Shown: positions 29,436-38,264 of the stretch, piece after piece
How the letters are laid out: every line of letters begins with the position of its first letter
How positions within the stretch are numbered: position 1 is the stretch's first letter
Virus record (IMG/VR): IMGVR_UViG_3300025168_000054
Coordinates: 15,959-79,958 of that record
Source: a virus
DNA: 64,000 nt
Reading direction: 5' to 3' (one strand)
Made by a program: the position numbers and the translations under genes
Notes under the pieces: model-generated
Told to the model about the DNA's origin: nothing
The model's database searches: none
What the model saw: the letters and a program-made list of their open reading frames with translations, nothing else

Positions 29436-29998
29436 ACGGTTGCTCCGGGGTTGGTCATGTTGCAAAGCTGTTCGGATACCACACCAAACGGCCCTTTCTC
29501 GTAGTACCAGTAGAGATGAGGCAAGAGCGCAGCGGGTCGAGACACCATAGTGTAGAAAACGAGGGCGCTGCCCTTGGGCGCGCCTACTGCGCGCTCGCCG
29601 TCGGGCCGGACGAACTTGACCCGAGGCGAGAGGAAGATGACTGCTGCGGTGTTGGGGCAGTTCACTACCCACTTGCTCCAGTATTTTGTGTCGGTATTGG
29701 CATAGACCAGCAGCGCCACGACTTCGCAACCTTCCGTGCAAGCCTTGGCGGCCTTCTCGAACCAGTGAGAGATGCCTCTGCCGTACGGCGGGTTGCACCA
29801 CACGCGCTTGCCGTAGTCGGACCAGCGCACACGGAGTGCGTCGGTCTTGGGGTCGATGAACGGATCGACCCGAGCCGCGTCGAGGTTCGTTGCGCAGGCA
29901 TCGAGGTCGAACATGACGACCTCGTTGACTTGATCGAAGAGCCCGACGGGGGTCATCCAGTCGTCCTTACCCAGCGTGCGGGTAGTCGGAGCGGTCAT
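29432..29998 (-). CDS. Phage DNA N6-adenine methyltransferase (Dam, PF05869-like)
   Basis: DDWMTP, FDLDAC, WCNPPYG and NTDTKYW motifs. Confidence 0.9.
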   Translation of the reverse strand: MTAPTTRTLGKDDWMTPVGLFDQVNEVVMFDLDACATNLDAARVDPFIDPKTDALRVRWSDYGKRVWCNPPYGRGISHWFEKAAKACTEGCEVVALLVYANTDTKYWSKWVVNCPNTAAVIFLSPRVKFVRPDGERAVGAPKGSALVFYTMVSRPAALLPHLYWYYEKGPFGVVSEQLCNMTNPGATV

Positions 29999-30243
29999 GA
30001 TGGCTCCTTGCAACGGTGTGATCCTTCGTGACCCTCGGGCAGCGTGCATGTGTAGAGCTTTTGGCTCTTCCCGATGAAAACGCCCGCGCCGCACGGCAGC
30101 CACGGAAGAGGTCGACCCTCGCCGCCCTCGGCGTAGAACTCTGCGAGCTCTCGCGCTTGGCGCAGAAGCTCGCGCAGTCGTTTGGCTTCGTCTTCGAGGC
30201 GCTTGTAGCGGTGAGCCCAGTATTTTCCGCGTACGTCGATCAC
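29995..30243 (-). CDS. Hypothetical protein with C-terminal Cys/His motif
   Basis: Translationally coupled on both sides; C...CTLPEGHEGSH. Confidence 0.7.
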   Translation of the reverse strand: MIDVRGKYWAHRYKRLEDEAKRLRELLRQARELAEFYAEGGEGRPLPWLPCGAGVFIGKSQKLYTCTLPEGHEGSHRCKEPS

Positions 30244-30437
30244 TCGTCACCTCCCTTGGCGTAGCCCTCACTCGCCCATCCTCCGCCTTGTAGGGAGAAG
30301 TTGGTCTTGGAGACCTGTCGGACGGTGCGGGGGGCTCCGCACGCTGAACAGGCCTGGTCTTTCCGAACGTCTTTCAGTGAGACCAGGACTTCGAACTGAT
30401 GGCCGCACTTCCGGCACCGCTGCGAGAACAGCGGCAT
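30240..30437 (-). CDS. FmdB-family zinc-ribbon protein
   Basis: MPLF..RCRKCGHQFE...CSACG...FSLQGGGW..EGY. Confidence 0.85.
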   Translation of the reverse strand: MPLFSQRCRKCGHQFEVLVSLKDVRKDQACSACGAPRTVRQVSKTNFSLQGGGWASEGYAKGGDE

Positions 30438-30736
30438 CACTCTTCCCACCCGATGTAGCGGAACGTCGGCGTGTTCTGCCCCATCCAAGCTCCGCTGGTG
30501 TTGAACGAAAACCACTCAGCGGCGTCCGAATAGCTGCATTCTCCGTCCTCCATGATGGCTTCAACGCACATCTCAGCGTCGTAAACGGCCACTACGAACC
30601 CAGGCTCTCTCGGCCAGTGGTCCTCAGGGGTGTCGGTCATGCCCACAATGCAGGGGTCATAGACGCTGCGTGGTTCGAGCAGCAGCGCGTCAGGGTTGTA
30701 GTTGGCCAGGGCTTCGAGGATCTCTTCGTAGGTCAT
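30437..30736 (-). CDS. Conserved phage hypothetical protein
   Basis: VAVYD...AAEWFSFNTSGAWMGQNTP motif, familiar from aquatic phages. Confidence 0.75.
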   Translation of the reverse strand: MTYEEILEALANYNPDALLLEPRSVYDPCIVGMTDTPEDHWPREPGFVVAVYDAEMCVEAIMEDGECSYSDAAEWFSFNTSGAWMGQNTPTFRYIGWEE

Positions 30737-31203
30737 TCCTCACCACCTTCGTCGCGGACGATGATGCGGCCCCACACCTTGTAGTCGTCACCTGGTACAC
30801 GAGCGACGCCCTTGACCTTGTGGTACTCGTCAGCGCGGGTGTCCCAGACCCAGGCGATCTTACCCTCGCGGACGAACCCGTCGATCATCTCAAAGGTCGG
30901 TCGACCGCAGGTTGTGTCCATTACACCGACGTACTGCCCTGGTCGGATGATCCCGTGGAAACGAGGGGTGCCGTCCCACAGGCGGCCAGCCACCACAGAG
31001 TTCGGCCACGCCTTCCAACCGCCGGCATTCGCAGCGCGGCTCCTGTAGTCGTCGCGGCCTGCGACCACCGTGATGGCATGCTCAGGGTACGCCTCACTCA
31101 ATCCTTCGGTCAGACTGTCACGCCACTTGTCGACAGTCTGGTCTCCGTCCAACCGGTCGTGTGCCAGGAAGAACCTGTAGTCTTCGTCTTTCGTCTCTGT
31201 CAT
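30733..31203 (-). CDS. Hypothetical protein
   Basis: RBS AAGGAG before ATG 31203; ATGA overlap downstream. Confidence 0.75.
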   Translation of the reverse strand: MTETKDEDYRFFLAHDRLDGDQTVDKWRDSLTEGLSEAYPEHAITVVAGRDDYRSRAANAGGWKAWPNSVVAGRLWDGTPRFHGIIRPGQYVGVMDTTCGRPTFEMIDGFVREGKIAWVWDTRADEYHKVKGVARVPGDDYKVWGRIIVRDEGGEE

Positions 31204-31263
31204 ACCACTCTCCTTTGTGTAACAGTGTAGTAAGCCGTTCCGTGCCTTTGTCAAACAGTTGTA

Positions 31264-34086
31264 TCACACTTCTACCCAGGTGCGGCCCACGTCCGCCTCA
31301 CAGGTAAACGTCACCGGCCAACCCGGTACGTCGATCGTCATGCACTCCGTCATCTTCTTCTGCGCCCACTCCGCCAAGTGCTCAGGCACCTCGACGATGA
31401 GTGAGTCATGGACTTGCGCGGTCAAGCCTGTGCCTGGTCCCCACTGCTGAAAGGGGAACGCCTCCAGCACGCGCTGCTCGGCGATGGCCATGACGGCGGC
31501 TTCGCACGCGAGGATGGGAAAGTTGACGACCTCGTTTTTCTTGCCGTCCTGCAAGCCTCCGCTTCGTCGACCGAACAGGGGGTCTTCCATGTAGCCCTGC
31601 TTGTCGTAGAGCATGAGCATGTCTTGCCAAGCCATCATCCAGTCGGTCTCGGCGTCGTGCCAGACCCGGTCGAAGAACCGAACCTGGTTGAGGTCGAACT
31701 GAAGGTACGGCAGGTCGGTGTGTAGATACTCGCTGCCGTCCTTGCGCTGCCGAAAGCCCGTGAGCTCGGTCGAACGAATCACGGAGTGCTTGGTCTCAGC
31801 AGAGGCCCAGTAGATCGACGCATAACGGTACGTCTTGGTCAGCTCTCGAAGCTGGCCCGCCTTGCCTTTCTTGCTTGGCTTATGCGTGGCCTTCAAGCTG
31901 AAGCCCTTTGTCCAACCTGAAGCCTGTTCAAAGTCTTTGCCGAACAAGTCGTGCGCCAACCAGCAGTGCGGGTCGAGGTCATCAGCGAAGCAGTCGAGCA
32001 GTCGTTGGATGCCCCAGTAGTTGGCGGTAATGACCAAGTGCGCCGCACTGAGGTCGCAACCCACCAGCACGTGGCCCGGCGCTGCGCAATACAACGACCT
32101 CACGCCACCCAGGTCTTTGCGGCTGGATTGGTTCTGCATGTTGGGTCCGCTCGACGAGAGGCGCCCAACAGCGGTCGTGTGACTGTTCCACGAGGAACGC
32201 ACGCGCCCGTCGGGATGTAGTGACCCGCCGTCCTTCAGGGGGCGTAGGCCATACAGCTGCGTACCCAACACCTTGGTCCTGACCCGTCGATACTGGCGCA
32301 AGGTCAGAAGGAACTGCCGCTGCTTCTTGTTGATGTCAGGGCTGGCCATGTGAGACCGCAGCACCGCATCACCTGTACCCGGCAGACCAGACTCGGTGTA
32401 GAAGTCTTTGGCGTCCATGCCGTAGGGGATGCCCAGGTCCCACCGCTCATACAGCAGGTCACGGACCTGGTCGAACGAGCCCGGATTGAAGTCCTGGTTC
32501 GCCTTGCGCTTCGCCCCCACTGCTTCGGCAAGACCTTGAAGCTGGTCGTAGAGGTCTACGGCGACCTTCTCAAACCGGTCGGTCAGCAGCGACGCCTTCT
32601 TCTGGTCGACGTAGATGCCGTTCTGGTGCATCTGCACACACATGTCCTGTCGCGCATGGTCGAGGTTCCGCAGGTCCCAGGGACGGGCAGAGGGCCAGCT
32701 GACCGGCTTCGCCCACTCGGGCAACGGCTTGTCTGCTCCGTTGGCGTTGGCGGATCTACGCAGCGGCTCTGTGATGCGAGCGTTGACCACGGTGTCGTAC
32801 TCGCAGTACGTCAACCGCTCCTTGTCGAGCACCTTCCCGCCGCTGTTCTTCTCACCGCTCTCGCTGGTCTCCCACTTGTGTACGTCAGTCAGCCGACGAC
32901 CAGTGGGCTTGAGACCTTTGGGCAGGTCAGGGTGGGTGAAGCGAGCATCGAACAGTGTGTCGTGAGTCGGTTGCGGATTGACCCCGAGCCAGTGCTCAGA
33001 GACTTGGCGATCGAAGTACCCCGCGTTGTGCCCCACCTTGGTCTTGCTGGTGTTCGTGAAGAACTCCCGCAGCACTTCCTTGATGGCCTCCTCCCCGCTC
33101 GGCGAGTAGTAGCGCCGACCCGGCGAGTCTGTGCCCATGATGTTGATACCGACGCTACGTGCCAGCTGGAAGGGCTCCTCCCAGGGCATCGTTGGATTCC
33201 CGTGCCTGTCCAGGTCAGGAGTTGCAATGGCCAAGCACCGCACACCGATGTCGCGGACGTTGATACCGTCGGTCTCGTAGTCGTAGACCCAGAAGGGTGA
33301 GGGGACTGCCAGCCATTCTCGGAGCTCGTGCGCGGTCGGCTGCTCTGATAGTTCGGGCTCAAGCCACCGAAGTACGTTGTTGAACCAGCGGAAAGCCTTA
33401 CCCAGCGTGGCGTAGAACTGCGGGCGTAACTTCGGAGAGTGCTTGACATAGCCAGGGTCGTAAGTTGAAACGACTTTAACTTTCCAATCATTGCTCGACT
33501 GAGTCCAGTCGTAGGCTTGCCAGGTCAAACGGCTGACCTTGACTTCTCGCATGTCGCCCTCGAGATGGGACATGCTTGAGGTGGTGTCGAGCACGCGCTG
33601 CGCTGCCGTACTGCCCAGCGGGAGGATGTATCCGTAGGCTGAGAGGTGAGATTGCAGGTAGGGGGCGCAGCAGTCAGCCGGGTGAGGTAGCGCTTCTTCG
33701 ACCTGACGCTTTGCCTCGGCCGCGGACGTGCCTTCCTTACGCAGCTTCTTCGTCAGTGCTTTACGCCGACGGCGTAGTTGCGCCTCCATCTTCTTCCACC
33801 CGTCTCTCGGAGCGCAGGCCGTCACGAAGAACAAGTCGATCATCGACCTGTTCAGCCCCGTGGCTCTCAAAGCACGGTCCCACTCGGCACCGTCCAGCCC
33901 GCTCAAGGGGCGGCTGTGCCTCACGTCTTCGCGCTTGGGCGCTTCAAGCACGGCAGCGACTGTCGTGCTCTCGTGTATCTCGGGGGGCACAGGCTCCCAC
34001 CCGTCTCCGACGAGACAGCCGCCCGGCCCCATGGGGCACTGATTGCACTTGGCGCCCCTCTTTCGGGGGTCGAATCGACTACTCAT
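31264..34086 (-). CDS. polA: Family A DNA polymerase with N-terminal UDG-family-4-like domain and 3'-5' exonuclease
   Basis: Exo motifs DYETDG, HNAGYFD, YCEYD; GRLSSSGPNMQN; motif A CDLS, motif B R...K...Y...Y, motif C VHD; N-terminal CxxC/EAP/RP..G UDG-like motifs. Confidence 0.92.
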   Translation of the reverse strand: MSSRFDPRKRGAKCNQCPMGPGGCLVGDGWEPVPPEIHESTTVAAVLEAPKREDVRHSRPLSGLDGAEWDRALRATGLNRSMIDLFFVTACAPRDGWKKMEAQLRRRRKALTKKLRKEGTSAAEAKRQVEEALPHPADCCAPYLQSHLSAYGYILPLGSTAAQRVLDTTSSMSHLEGDMREVKVSRLTWQAYDWTQSSNDWKVKVVSTYDPGYVKHSPKLRPQFYATLGKAFRWFNNVLRWLEPELSEQPTAHELREWLAVPSPFWVYDYETDGINVRDIGVRCLAIATPDLDRHGNPTMPWEEPFQLARSVGINIMGTDSPGRRYYSPSGEEAIKEVLREFFTNTSKTKVGHNAGYFDRQVSEHWLGVNPQPTHDTLFDARFTHPDLPKGLKPTGRRLTDVHKWETSESGEKNSGGKVLDKERLTYCEYDTVVNARITEPLRRSANANGADKPLPEWAKPVSWPSARPWDLRNLDHARQDMCVQMHQNGIYVDQKKASLLTDRFEKVAVDLYDQLQGLAEAVGAKRKANQDFNPGSFDQVRDLLYERWDLGIPYGMDAKDFYTESGLPGTGDAVLRSHMASPDINKKQRQFLLTLRQYRRVRTKVLGTQLYGLRPLKDGGSLHPDGRVRSSWNSHTTAVGRLSSSGPNMQNQSSRKDLGGVRSLYCAAPGHVLVGCDLSAAHLVITANYWGIQRLLDCFADDLDPHCWLAHDLFGKDFEQASGWTKGFSLKATHKPSKKGKAGQLRELTKTYRYASIYWASAETKHSVIRSTELTGFRQRKDGSEYLHTDLPYLQFDLNQVRFFDRVWHDAETDWMMAWQDMLMLYDKQGYMEDPLFGRRSGGLQDGKKNEVVNFPILACEAAVMAIAEQRVLEAFPFQQWGPGTGLTAQVHDSLIVEVPEHLAEWAQKKMTECMTIDVPGWPVTFTCEADVGRTWVEV

Positions 34087-34462
34087 CGTTGTTCTCCCAA
34101 CGGCATCGCCGTTTGTTTGGGAAGCCTTTGTAGACTTCGATCTCGTGGTGTGATGCGTACCTTCGGATGGCCTGCTCAAGAGCGACAGTCGTGCGCGGCC
34201 AACCAACACGGTCTCGGATGATTGGGTACGACATGCGTTCGGTATTGCGCAGTCGTATGGCCTCGATCAACATCGACTCTCGTAGGAACCTCTTGGGGCT
34301 GTTGCTTCGGTCAATCTTGCCAAGGTGCTGATGAATCTGCTTTCTCAACGTACTGACGTTGACGTCCATGTCTTCGGCGACGTCCTTCCACTTCTCACCA
34401 TGCTCCACCCGAGTTTTTGCTCGGCGGAGCATAGGAAACGTCCACGTACGTTGAGGCGCCAT
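34079..34462 (-). CDS. Putative double-HTH DNA-binding protein
   Basis: WKDVAEDMDVNVSTLRKQ and SYPIIRDRVG HTH-like segments. Confidence 0.55.
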   Translation of the reverse strand: MAPQRTWTFPMLRRAKTRVEHGEKWKDVAEDMDVNVSTLRKQIHQHLGKIDRSNSPKRFLRESMLIEAIRLRNTERMSYPIIRDRVGWPRTTVALEQAIRRYASHHEIEVYKGFPNKRRCRWENNDE

Positions 34463-34662
34463 TAGCCGTCCACGCGGGTCATACCGCCCAAGAACCGCTC
34501 GACACTCTTGCACCAGGTTCGATGCTTCTCGTCGATGTAGACGACCAGCACGGGGTACCGAACCGGATCATCGGCGTGCTCGTTCACGAGCATCCGCACC
34601 CGGTAGTAGTTGCCATTGCGATGCTGCCAGCGGGTTCCTGGCAGAACGTCTGTTTGCGCCAT
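34462..34662 (-). CDS. DUF1653-like protein
   Basis: WQHRNGNYYRV...VLVVY...W....RF. Confidence 0.65.
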   Translation of the reverse strand: MAQTDVLPGTRWQHRNGNYYRVRMLVNEHADDPVRYPVLVVYIDEKHRTWCKSVERFLGGMTRVDG

Positions 34663-34677
34663 GTCTCACTCCTGCAG

Positions 34678-34709
34678 GAAAGCCCCCGCCGTCATCGACG
34701 ACGGGGGCC
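34678..34709 (-). terminator. Putative intrinsic terminator after the SSB-like gene
   Basis: GCCCCCGTCGTC-GAT-GACGGCGGGGGC hairpin followed by a short TTT tract. Confidence 0.55.
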
Positions 34710-34726
34710 AGGTTGATCGCTCTCAA

Positions 34727-35335
34727 TCAGCGAGAAGGTGGGGGCGGGAACTTGCCGTTGCTGGGAGGCGGGGGCGGCATCTTAGCGGCGGCCGGGGCCG
34801 ACACCTTGGACTGCCGGCGCCAAGCGAACTGGCGAGTGTCCTCAGGCTTGTCGCCCTTGGCTTCGTGCTGCTCAAACTGGTCCTTGTTGAGGAAAGACTT
34901 GACCTCTCCGTACACACGCTGTCCCTGAGGGACGTCGTCGGGACGACCGAGCCACGCAATGTGGGCGGTGCGGCCAACGAGGTGCTGAGTGCTCAGGCCG
35001 TTCTCGGCCATGTAGTCCTCGGTGATACCGGAGGAGAGAGCGACTCGCTTGATCGCGGCGACCATGCCGTTGATCTTCTTGTTGCGAGTCGTCTCGTCCA
35101 TCGCCTGAAGAGCCGGAGCCATGTTGCCTTCAGCGTCGAAGGGGCAGCTACCAATCTCGCGGGTGATGGCACCGTTGGGGAACTTGATGTGGATGAAGTA
35201 CGAGAAGTTGCCTTGGCGGTCAAGAACGCCACGGTCCTCGAACTCCACGACCTCGACGGGGTAGTAGCCGGTTCCGGGGGGAAGGTTGCCAGTGCCGACG
35301 GAAGCGGCAGTTTCTGCGGGAATGAAGAAAGACAT
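34727..35335 (-). CDS. Putative ssDNA-binding protein (DUF669-like OB fold)
   Basis: LPPGTGYYPVEVVEFE start, Pro-rich disordered tail, immediately downstream of a Sak4-like gene. Confidence 0.55.
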   Translation of the reverse strand: MSFFIPAETAASVGTGNLPPGTGYYPVEVVEFEDRGVLDRQGNFSYFIHIKFPNGAITREIGSCPFDAEGNMAPALQAMDETTRNKKINGMVAAIKRVALSSGITEDYMAENGLSTQHLVGRTAHIAWLGRPDDVPQGQRVYGEVKSFLNKDQFEQHEAKGDKPEDTRQFAWRRQSKVSAPAAAKMPPPPPSNGKFPPPPSR

Positions 35336-35400
35336 CTTCGATCCTGGTTTAGTTGGTTTTTGTGGTTGTTGTTAGGTCCGGTTTACTGCCGGAACAGCCG

Positions 35401-36390
35401 TCACTCGGACGGAGGAGGTGGAGCCTTCGAGCCCTTTACGGGCTTCGGTGGATCCAATACTTTGAAAAGATTGTCGCTGCGCTGCTTCTGGATGACACCT
35501 CGTGCGATGCCGTCCTGCACTGCCCAGCGAATGTGCAGCTGCGTCTCTCGTCCGCTGCCCTTGGCGAACTTCTGCGCCTTGTTGACGCCAGCGTTTACGG
35601 CCGCACTGACGTCCCCCGTCTGCACGGCCTTCGCCACGAGGTCAGCAACTTCGTCCTGCCACTCAAGCCCCGGACGGCGAGACAGCCCGTAGTCGACAGC
35701 GCTGGCACGAAGAAGCTCACGGACATTCGGCGGGCTCTCGGCATAACCAACACCGTTACGGTCTCCGGTTACCCAAGTGCTGTCCCATGGGTTGACGTAG
35801 AGGCCGCCTTTGATCCAAGGGTCCGGGTAGTCGCTGTTGACGACAGCGCGAGCGTTGAAGTCGCACCAAGCCGGGACACGAACAACCTGGCCCTTGCTGC
35901 CCAGGGAGGGTCCACCGGGGACGAAGGTGCCATCCATACCTGACCCTGGCGCCTGCTCGTGGGCGACCATGAAGACACTGACACCGATGTGCCGAGCCTT
36001 CTCGGCCAGACGCAGCAGCTTGTCCTTGAGCTGTTGGTACGGCCAAAACTTGTCGACCTTGCCGCTGTTGGTGATCTTGGGGTTGTCCTGCCAGAACCTC
36101 AAGCTCGTCTCGCACAACGCCGTCATGCCATCTACGCAGATGGCAGGGTACGAATCGACCAACCCCTGCTCTTCCAGCATGGTCATGAGGTCAAGCAAGT
36201 CAACGAGAGTTCTGACTGGGTGGTCATAGACCGTGGGTTCAAACCCCCACTCATTCTGAGTGACGCTCTTGATCGCGTTCATCCCCTCGCCCGGAATCCA
36301 CAGGGCGTTGGGGAATGCGCTCGCGACCATCGAGGTCTTCATGCGCTTGGGCTGGCCAAAAACCATGCCCATGACCGTGGCATTCGCCAT
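35401..36390 (-). CDS. AAA_24 / Sak4-like ATPase (single-strand annealing)
   Basis: FGQPKRMKTS (variant Walker A), ICVDGMT, MVAHE, PSLGSK...PAWCD. Confidence 0.7.
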   Translation of the reverse strand: MANATVMGMVFGQPKRMKTSMVASAFPNALWIPGEGMNAIKSVTQNEWGFEPTVYDHPVRTLVDLLDLMTMLEEQGLVDSYPAICVDGMTALCETSLRFWQDNPKITNSGKVDKFWPYQQLKDKLLRLAEKARHIGVSVFMVAHEQAPGSGMDGTFVPGGPSLGSKGQVVRVPAWCDFNARAVVNSDYPDPWIKGGLYVNPWDSTWVTGDRNGVGYAESPPNVRELLRASAVDYGLSRRPGLEWQDEVADLVAKAVQTGDVSAAVNAGVNKAQKFAKGSGRETQLHIRWAVQDGIARGVIQKQRSDNLFKVLDPPKPVKGSKAPPPPSE

Positions 36391-36524
36391 GGTCGCCTCC
36401 AGTGATGTAGTTGTTGTTGTAGTGCCCCGAGGGGCTCGCCGACTGTAACACAGACGATCGAGTTCCCTGCGGCTGTTTGTGGTTTACAGTCAGGGCGGGG
36501 CTGTAAACTAACTCGGCTCTTTCC

Positions 36525-36932
36525 TTATTCGTCAATCTCCCAGTGATGCTGGGTACCGGGCTCATGGCATCGGCGGATATTACGAACGCTGCCCCCCGTC
36601 AGACCCAGCTTTTCGCTCAGGAAATCAACAACTTGTTTGACATTGAACTCCTTGCAGGAGAACAAGTCGAAGCTCACATGTCCTCGCAGAGGCCACGTAT
36701 GAATACTTCCGTGCGACGTGGTCAGGATTACAGTGCCCGTGACTCCTCCGTCGTCCTCGCCGTTCTCGACCATAGGGTCAAGCGGCACGGCGACCATTTC
36801 CGCAGGCTTCAGAATCTGCATACCTACCATCTCGACCAGTTCGTTGAGCACCGCACCGATCAACTCAGGGTCGTTGAGGCGCTGCGACTCTTGGGTCCAG
36901 GCGTCAATGATTACGTGTCTACCTGTTTTCAT
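36525..36932 (-). CDS. speD: Pyruvoyl-dependent AdoMet decarboxylase (SpeD) homologue; substrate uncertain
   Basis: GRHVIID, GGVTGTVILTT-SHGSIHTWP self-cleavage motif, DLFSCK. Confidence 0.88.
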   Translation of the reverse strand: MKTGRHVIIDAWTQESQRLNDPELIGAVLNELVEMVGMQILKPAEMVAVPLDPMVENGEDDGGVTGTVILTTSHGSIHTWPLRGHVSFDLFSCKEFNVKQVVDFLSEKLGLTGGSVRNIRRCHEPGTQHHWEIDE

Positions 36933-36937
36933 GATGA

Positions 36938-37918
36938 TTACTCCGGGCCGTACTGGCATAGTTCAAACGCGCCGCACTTACCGTAGCGGTGGTAGCAAAC
37001 GAGCTCGCTCTGAGCCATTTGCCAGTCCCCCTCGGTCACGTACGCTCTCTTGTGGTTGACGAGCTGGTTGCCCAGCGACATCGCCCTCGAGTAAATCTGC
37101 CGAGCCAACTGTTCGTCACGCCAAGGTGTGGCGGGTACGTGCTGACGACTCACGGTCCAGGGGCTGCGCCGCTGCACCAAGTTCAAGATGACCCCTCCGA
37201 AGTCCTCGTACAACTGCTGGCCCATGATGCGGTTGACGGCGAACTGGCCGTCCATGGCGTACTGCTGAGCACGAGTCTTGCTCACACTCCCGCCGGTCAC
37301 CTTGTGATCCCAGATGTACGTTCGCCCGTCGGAGCTATGCTTCATCACGAGGTCGAACCGCTTGGTCAATTCGATGGGCTTGCCGTGCTGCAGCGCCGGA
37401 ACGCCACGAACAGGCTCCTCAAGCCCAGGGCAATCCAGCAACGTAGGCTCTGAGAGATTCTTGTCGAGCCATAGGCCGAAGTCTCCTTCGTGGTTGTGCC
37501 CCAAGGTCAGCTTGACCTGGTTCTCGACAGACACCACACGGTCAGAGACATAGGGCTCCTTCTGAAGATATCGACGGAAGACATCAAGCGTCGTGCCGAT
37601 GTAGGGGTGAGCGTCTACGCCTTCGAGCTCTCGCCGACGCACCCACTCACGAACTGCCGCATCGGGAGGTAGGAAGTGGTCAGGGTCTGTGACGTGCTGG
37701 CCTTCGTACTCGAAGCCTCCCTGCTCGCAGCCCTTCTGAGCGTAGTAGTGAGCGAGCACGGTGTGGCCCATTGACCCCAGTGTCAGCGCCTCGGCGTTGA
37801 TGAACTCACGCTGCTTGACGTTAATGATGAACCATAATCGGTCACACTTAAAGGCTGGTCCCCAGAAGGACCAGCCTGTTGTGCTTCGACCGGTGTCGAT
37901 GAGGATGGGCTCAGGCAT
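36938..37918 (-). CDS. Cas4/RecB-like PD-(D/E)XK exonuclease with Fe-S cysteines
   Basis: KCDR...GSMGH...RFDLV...IWDHK...Q...C.....KC....LC. Confidence 0.8.
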   Translation of the reverse strand: MPEPILIDTGRSTTGWSFWGPAFKCDRLWFIINVKQREFINAEALTLGSMGHTVLAHYYAQKGCEQGGFEYEGQHVTDPDHFLPPDAAVREWVRRRELEGVDAHPYIGTTLDVFRRYLQKEPYVSDRVVSVENQVKLTLGHNHEGDFGLWLDKNLSEPTLLDCPGLEEPVRGVPALQHGKPIELTKRFDLVMKHSSDGRTYIWDHKVTGGSVSKTRAQQYAMDGQFAVNRIMGQQLYEDFGGVILNLVQRRSPWTVSRQHVPATPWRDEQLARQIYSRAMSLGNQLVNHKRAYVTEGDWQMAQSELVCYHRYGKCGAFELCQYGPE

Positions 37919-38264
37919 CGGGGAACTCCCCGGCGTCCTGCCCGAAGCTCAGCAGCTGGTCCTCGGTGATGATCTCCAGGGGGCCCTGGACGATGGTGAT
38001 CTGGCAGCCACTCCTGGCTCCCACGTTGCGCTGGGTCGGCGCCGAGTGGCTCCTCCCGACCTGTCGGAACACCTTCTCCGCCGGGCCCTCGAAGACCACG
38101 GTGCGGACGGTGCGGACCCACTGGCCCTTGAACTCCTCGAGGGACTCGCCGAGGGTGTCGGCACCCATCGCCATGACGCGGGCGATACGGCGTTCGCGGG
38201 ACGTTCGGGCCCTCATCTGCGCCTCGACGAGGGTCAGCTCTGTTGCGGTTTTGTCATCACTCAT
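37911..38264 (-). CDS. Hypothetical protein
   Basis: Coupled ORF with high GC3 and an RBS. Confidence 0.7.
   Translation of the reverse strand: MSDDKTATELTLVEAQMRARTSRERRIARVMAMGADTLGESLEEFKGQWVRTVRTVVFEGPAEKVFRQVGRSHSAPTQRNVGARSGCQITIVQGPLEIITEDQLLSFGQDAGEFPDA

Noticed and set aside
29436-29801. N-terminal extension of the Rad50-like ORF given in the track (likewise for the Dam and polymerase ORFs)
   Set aside because: The extensions overlap upstream genes; downstream ATGs with start-stop coupling or an RBS are better starts
31224-31254. Minus-strand sigma70 promoter TTGACA...TACACT upstream of 31203
   Set aside because: The spacer is 19 bp rather than 16-18; plausible but not supportable without TSS data
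36938-37918. CRISPR-Cas system suggested by the Cas4-like gene
   Set aside because: No repeat-spacer array or other cas genes; solo Cas4-like exonucleases are common in phage replication modules
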